NCBI GenBank assembly: GCA_043745805.1
Contig: JAYTSD010000008.1
Coordinates: 97,943-161,942, forward strand
Direction: 5' to 3'
Source: Fibrobacteria bacterium
GTDB taxonomy: Bacteria > Fibrobacterota > Fibrobacteria > UBA11236
DNA length: 64,000 nt
Notes under the pieces: generated by a model
What the model saw: the letters and a program-made list of their open reading frames with translations, nothing else
Databases searched by the model: none
Told to the model about the DNA's origin: nothing
Program-made: the position numbers and the translations under genes
Part shown: one piece after another, positions 9,165 to 19,262 of the stretch
How the letters are laid out: each line of letters starts with the position of its first letter
Numbering within the stretch: the first letter of the stretch is position 1

Positions 9165-10160
9165 TTAAGGGATAGGCGATAGCCCCTCCAATACCCTTTC
9201 CAACCGATAAAAATCATCCTCCACCCAATGCATTGAATTGATTTTTAAAAACAAAAGTTGCGCCTCGGAATTTAAATTCGAGGCTTTAACAATATCCTTC
9301 CATAAAACACCATCCTCCCCTACCCTAGTCTGACTAACAAAAGCAGCGTGTAAGGTTTTTAATAAATGCCCGCAATAAGAATTCATATCCGCTAAAATAT
9401 ATTCCCAGCGTTCACAAAAATCATCTGATGCATTAATAAGTGCTTTTAATTCTGGATGTTCTTTGATGCTGTCCAACCAATGATAAAAACCAATTTGTTG
9501 CCTTGCTCTTTGGGGATTGGAATAAAATTCATACGCATGAATTAAATCATGAATAATAAAACTGATCGCATCGCGTTCATGATGTAACTGAGTGAGAGCC
9601 TGGGTGTTTTTGAAAAAACTAAGGCAACGCCCCCCTTGTTTTTGCAATTCAAAAACTTCTGAAACGGTGGGAATATAAAAGAAAAGTTTTAGCGGATATT
9701 TTTGTTTCAACCATTCTAGCAAGGCCTTTCGTGCCGAATCAGGAACGCCGCGAAAACGATGATTATGCAAAAAATCCAGAAGACTAAGCTTATTATCAAT
9801 ATTTTTTTTAAAAGCTGAAATCGGTAGAGCAAGCTTTTGTAATAATGCAATAAAATCGCTAAAGGAAAAATGATCCGAAAGGTTTTTGGGAATTAGCTGT
9901 TCATTTGTGAGAGGCGGTTGTTTTTGAAAAGCATCCACACGCCGACATACCAATAATGCAAGTAACCCATAACTCAAAAATTCGGCATCATTTATTTTAC
10001 CTAAATTCTTTTTGGCTTCAAGCGCTTTAAACAAAACTTCCAACTTCGTTGCGAAAGGTAAAAGTTTTTCGGGAGAAATCAATAATTTACGGTAACGCCC
10101 ACTGCGCGAAGGCTTTTTTGTTTCGATGTCATTATCGAGAATAGAAATTTTATTGATCAT
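9165..10160 (-). CDS. Hypothetical protein (no recognised domain; His/Asp-rich block)
   Basis: Long 331-aa ORF with no competing frame. The only notable block is LHHERDAISFIIHDLIHAYEF. Confidence 0.6.
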   Translation of the reverse strand: MINKISILDNDIETKKPSRSGRYRKLLISPEKLLPFATKLEVLFKALEAKKNLGKINDAEFLSYGLLALLVCRRVDAFQKQPPLTNEQLIPKNLSDHFSFSDFIALLQKLALPISAFKKNIDNKLSLLDFLHNHRFRGVPDSARKALLEWLKQKYPLKLFFYIPTVSEVFELQKQGGRCLSFFKNTQALTQLHHERDAISFIIHDLIHAYEFYSNPQRARQQIGFYHWLDSIKEHPELKALINASDDFCERWEYILADMNSYCGHLLKTLHAAFVSQTRVGEDGVLWKDIVKASNLNSEAQLLFLKINSMHWVEDDFYRLERVLEGLSPIP

Positions 10161-10299
10161 AAAAATGACTGTCGGTTATTGATTCGATCTTGCATCAACA
10201 AGACCATAATCATTGTATAAAAATGTTCTGATTTCTTTAAGGGGGAACAATGGGATTTGGAAGGTGAGGCAATAAGAAAAAGCTATTACATAAATTTAC

Positions 10300-10764
10300 T
10301 TAGCGGCTGTAACGGCCTAAATAGCGACCCAAATTGGGATTTACTGGCCGAGGAGGATTTTTCGTTCTTTCTTTTTCTGCTCTTTCTTCTTGGAGCCACA
10401 TTTTAATAACTTCCCCTAATGCTGCATAGCGATTTTCAGGAGCCACTACCATGGTTTTTGAATTGGTAATTTCTTTTTGAATACGAACTTTTAAAGCATC
10501 ACGCGTATCTTCTAAAAACTGACGCGCAGGAGGATATTGCAATGAAATAGTATGCTGCATGCAAATAGCCAAGGTTTTCACTTGTTCACTACTATCGCGA
10601 TAAAGCTCCAACCCGATTTTATAATTCGCTTCATAGGTTTGCACATCGGCGAGTATTTCAGCTGCTTCCAGAATGTCATGCAGCTCGTAAGGTTTTTGTT
10701 TGAGCCGCGCAACCAGCTCTTCTAATTCATGTTTAACGGAAGCATCCATAAATGAATTATACAA
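10300..10764 (-). CDS. Hypothetical helical protein with basic Pro-rich C-terminus
   Basis: 154-aa ORF on the same strand between two other unknowns. It ends in ...KERTKNPPRPVNPNLGRYLGRYSR. Confidence 0.5.
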   Translation of the reverse strand: MYNSFMDASVKHELEELVARLKQKPYELHDILEAAEILADVQTYEANYKIGLELYRDSSEQVKTLAICMQHTISLQYPPARQFLEDTRDALKVRIQKEITNSKTMVVAPENRYAALGEVIKMWLQEERAEKERTKNPPRPVNPNLGRYLGRYSR

Positions 10765-10813
10765 CCCCCAAAAGGCATTTGCTCGAAATTTATTCGGGCC
10801 TGTAAGGCAAAAC

Positions 10814-11335
10814 TTAACCCCAGGTAACTAAGCTTGGATCCGCCTTAAATCCACAGGATTCGCATTCCGGATGCGAATAAGACACGGTTCCACGCGCACA
10901 ATGCGGACAAGCCCCACTATCGAGCAATAAGCGTACTTGCTGTCCCAGTTGATAACCACATTGACGACATTCGCGTGCAATGGATTTAAACCCCCAATAT
11001 CCCCAGCAATTGGGGCAACGATCATGAGGAACTTTTTTCATACTTCCATCGACAATGTATTTAGCCGGTGCCGCATCCGAAGAAGAAAATTGTAGTTCTT
11101 CCCCTTCGCAACAATGAATTCCAGTATTCAAAGTTCTTAAAGATTTTTCTTTTTGTTCGTCGATAATTTCCACAGAAAAATTTAAAGCAACAGAATAACC
11201 TTTGGGTAAATGAGTAGCTATTTCTTTAATGCGCTCTTCTAATCGCTGTAGTTTTTTTTCTTGAAACAAAGATTGGATTTCAGTGTAGACAAAGTCGGCG
11301 AACTCTATACTTTGATCGTAAGTTTTGACATCCAT
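10814..11335 (-). CDS. Hypothetical double zinc-ribbon protein
   Basis: 173 aa. The C-terminal half carries four CxxC pairs: CPNC...CRQC and CPHC...CESC. Confidence 0.6.
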   Translation of the reverse strand: MDVKTYDQSIEFADFVYTEIQSLFQEKKLQRLEERIKEIATHLPKGYSVALNFSVEIIDEQKEKSLRTLNTGIHCCEGEELQFSSSDAAPAKYIVDGSMKKVPHDRCPNCWGYWGFKSIARECRQCGYQLGQQVRLLLDSGACPHCARGTVSYSHPECESCGFKADPSLVTWG

Positions 11336-11662
11336 GTTGTCTCCGCTAAATTAAATGCACTTATTTTTAGCTTCAGTTTGAGTTAGTCCAATGACTCATA
11401 TTTAAGCTTTAAGAGTAAAGTAATAAAGAATAGCGGCCACTAAAATATATGTGAAAAGAAATCGTCCCAGAGTTTAGGTATTTTATTTTTTGAATTTTAT
11501 TTTGCGAATTGTTTTTAGAGGAATTTGATTGCTATTTCAATCGGTTATCCAAATTACGAAAAATGCTCAAAATTTACCTTAACGCTTTATCGCCTCCACC
11601 TGAAAACTAAAATCGAGGTTGTTTTTTAACGTAACACTTGGGTTACCATAAAAAACGGCGAG

Positions 11663-12823
11663 CTATTTTTTAAGCGGACTTTGATTGGACCAAACTAAAT
11701 TTTTACGAGCGATTTCCGCTTGCGCTAGTGCGTCCTCTAATGTTTCACCTAAAGCCGTAAAATGTCCCATTTTCCTTGCAGCTTTAGCTTCGGATTTTCC
11801 ATAAAGATGCAGGCTTAAATCGCTTTGCGCTAATAGAGAGTCAATACCCTGTAAATAATTGCCTTGGCCATTCCCTAATATATTCATCATAGCTGCAGGA
11901 CGAAACAAAGAAGTATTCCCTAAAGGCAATCCGCAAATAGCTCTTACTTGTTGTTCAAACTGCGAACATTGGCAAGCGTCCAAAGTATAATGTCCAGAAT
12001 TATGTGGGCGTGGAGCGATTTCATTTACCAATAAAGACCCATCTGCCAAACAAAACAATTCCACACAAAACAAACCTATAATATCTAAGCTTTGTGCAAT
12101 TTTCAATGCGATATCACGCGCATTATTTTCCGTAACATTAGTGATACGAGCAGGAACTAAAGTGACATCCAAAATATTTTTTACATGGCGATTTTCGCCT
12201 GTTGGGTAACACACAGATTTTCCATCCCTGCCCCGTGCACAAAGCACACTTAATTCTTTTACAAAGGGGATTTTCTTTTCCCAAATCAAATCGCAGCCTT
12301 GCAAGGCTAAAAATGCAGCAAGCGCTTCTTCCGCATTATCCATAACTCGCTGGCCCTTGCCATCATAGCCACCATCCGCTGTTTTTAATATGGCCGGACA
12401 ACCTATTTCGGCTAGCGCCTTTGCAAAATCTGCTTGCGTTCTCACTAGCTGAAAATCCGCAACCGGAATGCCAGCCTCTCGTAAAAATGCTTTTTCGCGT
12501 ATACGGTTTTGCGTTGTTTTCAAAACCTTACTACTGGGATAAACAGGCTTATGTAAACTCTCTAAATATTCCACCGCTTCCGCATCAATATTTTCAAATT
12601 CATAGGTAATCACATCGCATTGCTCGGCAAGTTCCTGCAATGCCTTTTTATCATTGTAGGCTGCCTCTATTTGTGCATCGGCTACTTGTCCGCAAGGCGA
12701 ATCACTGCTCGGTTCAAGCGTGATCACACGGTAACCTAAACGTTTCGCTTCTAAGGTAAACATTCGGCCTAATTGGCCGCCCCCTAAAATGCCGAGAGTA
12801 GCGGCAGGAAAAATACTTTTCAT
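11663..12823 (-). CDS. purK: N5-carboxyaminoimidazole ribonucleotide synthase
   Basis: ATP-grasp protein with an N-terminal LGILGGGQLGRM and full-length PurK-like layout. It lies directly downstream of purE. The ATG is at 12823; the track ORF starts at a TTG at 12829. Confidence 0.9.
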   Translation of the reverse strand: MKSIFPAATLGILGGGQLGRMFTLEAKRLGYRVITLEPSSDSPCGQVADAQIEAAYNDKKALQELAEQCDVITYEFENIDAEAVEYLESLHKPVYPSSKVLKTTQNRIREKAFLREAGIPVADFQLVRTQADFAKALAEIGCPAILKTADGGYDGKGQRVMDNAEEALAAFLALQGCDLIWEKKIPFVKELSVLCARGRDGKSVCYPTGENRHVKNILDVTLVPARITNVTENNARDIALKIAQSLDIIGLFCVELFCLADGSLLVNEIAPRPHNSGHYTLDACQCSQFEQQVRAICGLPLGNTSLFRPAAMMNILGNGQGNYLQGIDSLLAQSDLSLHLYGKSEAKAARKMGHFTALGETLEDALAQAEIARKNLVWSNQSPLKK

Positions 12824-12825
12824 GA

Positions 12826-13362
12826 TCAAATTTTAATTTTCATGTTACGTACTTCAAGTTCCATTTCCATACGATAATTCGCCAAAGCTTTTGCATAGAG
12901 CGGGTATTTAATGGCTAATATTCGCGCAACCATTAGTCCGGCATTCTTTGCGCCCCCAATTGCCATCGTCGCTACAGGAATACCGCCCGGCATTTGTACG
13001 ATGGAAAGCAATGAATCCATGCCTTGCATACTTTTACTAAGCACAGGTACGCCAATCACAGGCAAGTCGGTTAATGAGGCCGTCATACCCGGTAAATGGG
13101 CTGCGCCACCTGCGCCAGCAATAATTACCTCAAGACCTCTGGCCTGAGCTGATTCCGCATATTCCACCATCCGTTTGGGAGTTCTGTGAGCGGAAACCAC
13201 CTCCGCTTCAAAAGGAATATTAAATTGCGCCAAAATTTCAGTGGCGGCCTGCATAGTATCCCAATCCGAAATACTTCCCATGATAACTCCAACTTTTGGT
13301 TTGGGAGAGTTGGACCACTTTGAAAGCTTTACGGTTTTAGCAGAAATTTTTTGTTTAACCAT
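12826..13362 (-). CDS. purE: N5-carboxyaminoimidazole ribonucleotide mutase
   Basis: [17 protein letters not shown] and [10 protein letters not shown] blocks are typical of class I PurE. The N-terminal extension of about 20 aa is uncertain. Confidence 0.9.
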   Translation of the reverse strand: MVKQKISAKTVKLSKWSNSPKPKVGVIMGSISDWDTMQAATEILAQFNIPFEAEVVSAHRTPKRMVEYAESAQARGLEVIIAGAGGAAHLPGMTASLTDLPVIGVPVLSKSMQGMDSLLSIVQMPGGIPVATMAIGGAKNAGLMVARILAIKYPLYAKALANYRMEMELEVRNMKIKI

Positions 13363-13372
13363 AATATGTCCT

Positions 13373-14014
13373 TTAAAAAAGGGAATGGGCCGAAGAGTCT
13401 ATATTGGCAGAGCTATCTTCTTGAGGTGTTGTGGGACTTGCAAGTATAGGGTAAGTTTGGTTACCCAATGCATTCCATTCTTTCACATGGCCAGGAATTT
13501 CAATCCCATTTTGATAGCCGCGTTCTTGTCTTTTTTTTCCATTTTCATACCACCATGTTGCAACGCCTTCTAATCGGCCTGCCCCATAATTAGCTTCGAA
13601 TTTTTTTTTGCCCGTATTAAACCATTCTCGCCAAAGCCCATGAGTTTTGCCATTTTGAAAAGTAGTTTGCCATTGCTTTTGACCATTTTCATACCAAACG
13701 GTGGCATAACCCGATTTTTTTCCGTCGAGATAATAAGCTTCGTATGATTTACGACCATTGGTATAGAAATACGTAACAGCACCCTCTTCTTTACCATTTT
13801 TCCAATGAATTTCACCTTTTTTTTCACCAGTGACATGCCATTCTTCGGCCAAGCCCTCTTTTATTTCCCGATTATGGTCATCAACAAAGCAGGTATAATG
13901 CTCCTTGATTTTACCGTTAGGGTATAAAGTTTGTCTTTGTACAAGCTTTCCCGTGGCAGAGAAAGTGAGTGAAGTAAAAACTAAAATAGCGACCAAAAAA
14001 AACTTTAACTGCAT
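13373..14014 (-). CDS. Secreted MORN-repeat-variant (YwqK-like) protein
   Basis: Repeated YxNGxKxxExxxxxGKxxG units (for example [30 protein letters not shown]). The start at 14014 ([20 protein letters not shown]) gives a signal peptide. The longer track ORF would run into the terminator of the upstream gene. Confidence 0.75.
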   Translation of the reverse strand: MQLKFFLVAILVFTSLTFSATGKLVQRQTLYPNGKIKEHYTCFVDDHNREIKEGLAEEWHVTGEKKGEIHWKNGKEEGAVTYFYTNGRKSYEAYYLDGKKSGYATVWYENGQKQWQTTFQNGKTHGLWREWFNTGKKKFEANYGAGRLEGVATWWYENGKKRQERGYQNGIEIPGHVKEWNALGNQTYPILASPTTPQEDSSANIDSSAHSLF

Positions 14015-14106
14015 AACCCTTTGAGTATAAGAATGGTAAGGAATATAGTAAACTCTGGGCTGCACTATTCTGCAAAAAATTAATCTCCCGCAGATATGCT
14101 CATCCC

Positions 14107-14148
14107 AAAACAAAAAACGGTTAGCACTATGTATTCATGCTAACCGTT
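14107..14148 (-). terminator. Rho-independent terminator of the 14223-15533 gene
   Basis: On the minus strand there is a perfect 11-bp stem AACGGTTAGCA/TGCTAACCGTT with an 11-nt loop, followed by TTTTTGTTTT. Confidence 0.65.
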
Positions 14149-14222
14149 CAAGTTAATCTCCCCACTTTTGAAGAAAAGTAAGGACTGTTTTAGGCTTTTA
14201 CAAGCTTAATCCGTAAATGACT

Positions 14223-15533
14223 TTAGCGCACTAATCGACCATGTGCAGAGAAAAACAATACTTTGCCATCCCGATTCCATTGCGCATTCCAAATTTTTGC
14301 TTGACGATTTTCTTTGTTCAAATTCTGTTTTATGGATTGCGCATGAATGCTGGTAGGAGTAGGAATCAACGTAATATTTAAATTAGTAATTGTCTGTCCT
14401 AAAGTAACTTGCACCGTATCCGACGCATAACCGTCTTTGCTAACAATAATAGTTGCCGATTGCGCTAGCTGCGGAATGCCGCTGAAAGCATAATCACCGG
14501 TAACACTGGAAAGGGTTGTAAGAGTTGCTCCACCTTGACCATTAATTTGCAACTTAAATGCCGCACCGGCTATTGCTTGACCCCCTGTGGTACGCACAAT
14601 GCCCGAAAGGGATTTAGAATTAATTTCGGTGGCTCGGGCTAATAATATTTTAACCGTATCTTCCCCATTAGTGGTCACTTGCACTTGTCCCGTTTTAATA
14701 ACAAAGCCAGCTAAGGTAGCAGTAACGCGATAGTTACCTGTGGTGATGCCGGTAAAAGTTGCCCAACCTTGCGCATCGGTCGCTCCGGGCAATACAGCGC
14801 CCATTCCATTTTGCAAAGTAGTAGCCAATGCCACATTGAATAATGGAGCATTACCCAAGGAATCTTTGCCTACAAATACATGTAAATTTCCGGCGCCAAG
14901 TTTTACTAAAACAATGTTTACGGTATTCGTTTGATTCGCAGCAACTACAATATTAGCAGCAGTTTTTGAAGTATAACCTGCTTTAGAAGTCACTAAAGAA
15001 TAAGCCGTTCCAGCGGTCGAAGCCGGTATAGAATCGAATGAAAAAGATCCATCTACTGCGGTAAATGCGGAATCGCGAATAACCGATCCACCCCCAAATT
15101 GTCCACCGGTTGCTTGACGCAAAACTACCCGTGAACCTGCAATAGCCACATTAGTAGTGGAATCCGTAACTTTACCGTTTATACCTGAAGTCGAGGGAGC
15201 CATGGCGACTAAAGCAATATCATGCACAATATTTGCTGCTTGAATATTTGCTGTGCCCGTATTACCAATAAATCCAGTTTTACTCACAACTACGGAATAT
15301 GTACCCGCTGCTAAAGAGTCGAAAGTATAACTTCCAGTAGCATCAGTGAAAGCCGTATCGGTTACTCTATTTCCACCGCCGCCACCGCCATTAAAACCTC
15401 GTATTACAATTTGCGCATTAGCAATTGCAGCGCCCCCAGTTACGGCAGTTACTTTTCCTGAAATTGAAAACGCAGAAACCGATTGAACTATGGCTAAAAT
15501 TCCCACGAAGATACTTAAGAGTCCTCTACGCAT
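14223..15533 (-). CDS. Secreted protein with about four carboxypeptidase-regulatory-like (CarboxypepD_reg) beta-sandwich repeats
   Basis: 436 aa with a signal peptide (SVSAFS). Repeated units have the form GKVTD...G(A/S)xVxL...TDxxGxYxFxxLxxGxYxVxxSKxGY. It is Gly/Thr/Ala-rich and has a G6 run. Confidence 0.7.
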   Translation of the reverse strand: MRRGLLSIFVGILAIVQSVSAFSISGKVTAVTGGAAIANAQIVIRGFNGGGGGGNRVTDTAFTDATGSYTFDSLAAGTYSVVVSKTGFIGNTGTANIQAANIVHDIALVAMAPSTSGINGKVTDSTTNVAIAGSRVVLRQATGGQFGGGSVIRDSAFTAVDGSFSFDSIPASTAGTAYSLVTSKAGYTSKTAANIVVAANQTNTVNIVLVKLGAGNLHVFVGKDSLGNAPLFNVALATTLQNGMGAVLPGATDAQGWATFTGITTGNYRVTATLAGFVIKTGQVQVTTNGEDTVKILLARATEINSKSLSGIVRTTGGQAIAGAAFKLQINGQGGATLTTLSSVTGDYAFSGIPQLAQSATIIVSKDGYASDTVQVTLGQTITNLNITLIPTPTSIHAQSIKQNLNKENRQAKIWNAQWNRDGKVLFFSAHGRLVR

Positions 15534-15838
15534 ATCCCATCCCTTTTTAATTTTATTAAAGATTTTATGAATGTGTTACGCACCTAAACCGTAAACACAA
15601 TGAAATAATAGATTCGCGGATTTTATACCGTCCCTACATTCACAATCTTTAGCGTTAAGTTTCGAGACGCTACCTCCCAAAGCCTGTCCAATTCGTACCT
15701 GCAGGTACGAAACCACCATTTTTTCCAAATTAAATTTTAATTGTCACACAACTCTCAAATCCAAGAAATAAATCATTTTTTGTAAATTGCTATCTTTTTA
15801 TCGCATAATTATTATTCCTTTTTGTCGAAAGAAAATTT

Positions 15839-16267
15839 ATGTCAAAAACCTTTGCGCTAATTGCGCATGATCATAAAAAACCAGCTCTTTTAGAATGGGC
15901 CAAACGGCATAGAGAAAAATTGTTACCCCATACACTTTATGCCACCGGTACCACCGGATCGCTTTTAGAAAAAGAATTAGGTTTAACCATTCGCAAAGTA
16001 CAAAGCGGTCCCTTAGGAGGGGATTTAGAGATCGGCGCTAAAATAGCTTCGGGAGAGGTAGATTTTCTGATTTTTTTCTGGGATCCCCTTTCCCCGCAAC
16101 CGCATGACCCTGATGTCAAAGCTTTATTGCGCATCGCCGTTTTGTGGAATATTCCAACGGTTAGTAATGTGGCTACGGCTGATTTTATTATGTCTTCGTC
16201 TCATTTAACCGACGGATATGAACCCGAACGACCGGTATTTCCTAATCGCGAATTAGGTGCATTCTGA
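15839..16267 (+). CDS. mgsA: Methylglyoxal synthase
   Basis: 142 aa. IAHDHKK, ATGTTG and GPLGGD blocks. Confidence 0.9.
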   Translation: MSKTFALIAHDHKKPALLEWAKRHREKLLPHTLYATGTTGSLLEKELGLTIRKVQSGPLGGDLEIGAKIASGEVDFLIFFWDPLSPQPHDPDVKALLRIAVLWNIPTVSNVATADFIMSSSHLTDGYEPERPVFPNRELGAF

Positions 16268-16498
16268 TTTCAGCATTTTTTGTGCTTCGGGAGAAAGCGA
16301 TAATTGAAACGCTTTCTGCTCAAAAGTCGGCTTTGCGGGGTTGGGTGGATTAGGCGTTGAAGCATTAAATTTATTGGCGGCATTGGACACATTGACGGCT
16401 TGACTTGCGGGTTCAACAGGAAGGCTATAAGCCACTCCACTTGATGAAAAAACTTGCGCTAAACTTTGAAACATACTCATCCAACAAAGGCTATTCAT
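16253..16498 (-). CDS. Possible small hypothetical protein
   Basis: 81-aa ORF in an otherwise empty gap, low complexity (Asn/Pro/Ala-rich). Its 3' end overlaps mgsA by 15 nt. There is no homology signal. Confidence 0.25.
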   Translation of the reverse strand: MNSLCWMSMFQSLAQVFSSSGVAYSLPVEPASQAVNVSNAANKFNASTPNPPNPAKPTFEQKAFQLSLSPEAQKMLKSECT

Positions 16499-16547
16499 AT
16501 ATCGGTATTTTAATTCAAGACTTTAAGGTTTTTATTACTTTTAAAAA

Positions 16548-18245
16548 ATGAAAGTAACTCAACTCCTTGTTCGTACATTGCGTGAAACGCCAGCTGGAGC
16601 CGAGCTCCCTAGTCACATATTCCTTTTACGCGGCGGCTATATTAAGCAGCTCGCTTCTGGGCTTTATTCCATTTTGCCTTTAGGCAAAAGAGTTTTGCAT
16701 AAAATCGAAAAAATCATTCGGGAAGAAATGGAGCGTATCGAGGGACAAGAAGTGGATTTACCCTTAGTCCAGCCCAGTGAAATCTGGAAAGAATCGGGTC
16801 GTTATGACGCCATTGGTCCCGAGCTTTGCCGTTTTAAAGATAGAGCGCAACACCCTATGGTTTTAGCCATGACCCATGAAGAAGCCGTAACAGACATGGC
16901 ACGTGGCGTACTGGACTCATACAAACAATTGCCTTTTATGGTTTACCAATTCAAATTAAAATTTCGTGACGAGCCGCGTTCTCGCGGTGGCCTTGTACGC
17001 GTACGCGAATTTGTCATGAAAGATGCTTACAGCTTTCATCGTGATGAAAAAGATTTAGATCAATATTATCAAAGAGCGCATCAAGCGTATTTGCAAATAT
17101 TTAATCGCACCGGAATCAATCCCATTGTAGTGAAATCGGATACCGGAATCATGGGTGGAAAATTAGCCCATGAATTTATGCTCGAAACCCCCCATGGCGA
17201 AGATTGTCTTATCCTTTCTGAAGACGGCCAATACTCAGCCAATCAAGAAGTAGCCGAATTTGATAGAGAAAGTCTTGCCGCAGCGCCATTGCCTATCGAA
17301 AAAGTTGCAACACCAGGACAAAAAACAATTGCCGAAGTAAGCACTTTATTAGGAATTACTGCCGCGCAAACCATGAAGGCCGTACTTTTTCAAGTGGATA
17401 AAACCTTAATATTAACCTTATTACGCGGTGATTTAGAAATCAGTGAAATTAAGGTAAAAAACTTTTTGAAGGTAACCTTAATGTTACCTGCTGAAGAAAC
17501 CCTTATTCGTAGCTTTGGCATAATTCCTGGCTATGCTTCCGCGCAAAATATTATTGCACGTCCCGATTTACGTATTCTGGTTGACACCTCCATTAGCCAA
17601 GGATCAAATTTTGTAGGCGGCGCCAATGAAGAAAATTTCCATCTCAAAAATTTGAATTTTGAGCGCGACTTTAAAGGCGAAGTCGGCGATCTTGCCGAAG
17701 CCCAAAGCGGACACAAAAGTCTTTTCTCAAATAGTCGATTAAAGGCCACACGCGGTATTGAAATCGGAAATATTTTTAAACTCGGTAATAAATTCACCCA
17801 AAGCATGGGCGTAAGTTATTTGGATGAAGCAGGAAAAAAACAAATTCCCATTATGGGGTGCTATGGTATTGGTGTCGGTCGTTTAATGGCCTCGGTAGTC
17901 GAAAACTCCCATGATGATTTTGGACCCATTTGGCCCAAAGAAATAGCACCGTATCATGTTGAAGTGGTTAGCATTGGTAAAGAACCGGAAGTATTTGAGG
18001 CATGCGAAAAACTTGTCAAAGACTTAGAACAACAAGGATTTGAAGTTCTTTATGATGACCGTGATGAAAGACCAGGCGTTAAATTTAAAGATGCTGATTT
18101 ATGGGGCGTTCCCGTACGCATCGGGATTAGCAATAAAACGCTATTGGAAACTAGTGCGGAATGGAAGTTACGCCATGAAAAGACTTTTGAAAAATTTCCT
18201 TTGTCAGAAATCACCTCCAAAGTAAGCACATTTTACAAGAAATAG
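16548..18245 (+). CDS. proS: Proline--tRNA ligase (bacterial type with editing insertion)
   Basis: 565 aa. Class II motif 2 FRDEPRSRGGLVRVREFVMKDAYSF and motif 3 GCYGIGVGRLMA. Confidence 0.95.
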   Translation: MKVTQLLVRTLRETPAGAELPSHIFLLRGGYIKQLASGLYSILPLGKRVLHKIEKIIREEMERIEGQEVDLPLVQPSEIWKESGRYDAIGPELCRFKDRAQHPMVLAMTHEEAVTDMARGVLDSYKQLPFMVYQFKLKFRDEPRSRGGLVRVREFVMKDAYSFHRDEKDLDQYYQRAHQAYLQIFNRTGINPIVVKSDTGIMGGKLAHEFMLETPHGEDCLILSEDGQYSANQEVAEFDRESLAAAPLPIEKVATPGQKTIAEVSTLLGITAAQTMKAVLFQVDKTLILTLLRGDLEISEIKVKNFLKVTLMLPAEETLIRSFGIIPGYASAQNIIARPDLRILVDTSISQGSNFVGGANEENFHLKNLNFERDFKGEVGDLAEAQSGHKSLFSNSRLKATRGIEIGNIFKLGNKFTQSMGVSYLDEAGKKQIPIMGCYGIGVGRLMASVVENSHDDFGPIWPKEIAPYHVEVVSIGKEPEVFEACEKLVKDLEQQGFEVLYDDRDERPGVKFKDADLWGVPVRIGISNKTLLETSAEWKLRHEKTFEKFPLSEITSKVSTFYKK

Positions 18246-18372
18246 TTTTTGATTTTTGTTTTTGGTGATGGGGATCACTAAAAAATTCTTTGCTCATTTG
18301 CATAATTGAAAAAGAACTCCTCTAAAAATTAATTTGGTTGAGTGTTTCCAGAGAAAGCGGTAGAATCTCCAA

Positions 18373-19230
18373 ATGCATATCAAATTCTGGGGAGTACGTG
18401 GGAGCATACCCACACCTTCCGAAAAAACGGTACTCTTTGGCGGGAATTCTTCTTGCGTTTCTGCGGAAATTGATCAAAACCTAATAGTATTTGATGCCGG
18501 AACCGGTATTCGTAATTTAGGCAATGCAATACTAGCCCAAAAATCAATTTATCCCATCTCCATATTTTTAAGTCATGTGCATTGGGATCATATTCAAGGC
18601 TTTCCTTTTTTTGCTCCCGCCTATATAAAAGATTATAAGATTCATGTGCATGGACGCGGTAAGGCCGATCAAACTTTAGGAAAAATATTAGCCGGACAAA
18701 TGGAAGGCCCTAATTTTCCGGTCTCTTTAAATGATTTAGATGCCAATCTTTCCTATTCCGATTTAACTTCGGGCCAAGTCATTGCTTTAAAAAATAATGC
18801 TGGCGAAATCTTTGCAAAAATGCAACCCTCAGAAGGCAATCATCCCAATGGTGTATTGGTTTATCGCTTAGACGATATTAAAAAGGGTTCTGCCGTAGTT
18901 TATTCTACGGATACCGAACATTATACTGAGGGAGTGGATACCAATATAGGAAACCTAGCTAAGGGGGCCGATGTATTAATTTATGATGGAATGTATACCC
19001 CCGAAGAATATGCTACGAAATATAAAGGTTGGGGACATTCCACTTGGGAAAAAGGGCTTGAATTAGCACAATATGCGGGTGTAAAAACCTTGATTATTTT
19101 TCATCATGACCCGAACCATGATGATGATTTTTTAACTGCGTATGAAAAAGAAGTGCAGGCCAAGGTTAAAATACTCGCCCCACAATTACAAATATTTTTT
19201 GCCCGTGAAGGCATGGAATTAGATATTTAA
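18373..19230 (+). CDS. MBL-fold metallo-hydrolase
   Basis: 285 aa. HVHWDH (HxHxDH) zinc motif, with a later His-rich block (FHHDPNHDD). Confidence 0.8.
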   Translation: MHIKFWGVRGSIPTPSEKTVLFGGNSSCVSAEIDQNLIVFDAGTGIRNLGNAILAQKSIYPISIFLSHVHWDHIQGFPFFAPAYIKDYKIHVHGRGKADQTLGKILAGQMEGPNFPVSLNDLDANLSYSDLTSGQVIALKNNAGEIFAKMQPSEGNHPNGVLVYRLDDIKKGSAVVYSTDTEHYTEGVDTNIGNLAKGADVLIYDGMYTPEEYATKYKGWGHSTWEKGLELAQYAGVKTLIIFHHDPNHDDDFLTAYEKEVQAKVKILAPQLQIFFAREGMELDI

Positions 19231-19262
19231 ACCCGTAACATTAAGGTTTCTCGCGCAAAATC

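Noticed and set aside
8755-9168. Two 61-aa ORFs (8755-8940 and 8983-9168) in the 482-bp gap.
   Set aside because: They have no Shine-Dalgarno and no recognisable motif. One uses a GTG start and runs into the convergent 331-aa gene. The gap is kept as unexplained under the three-gene block finding.
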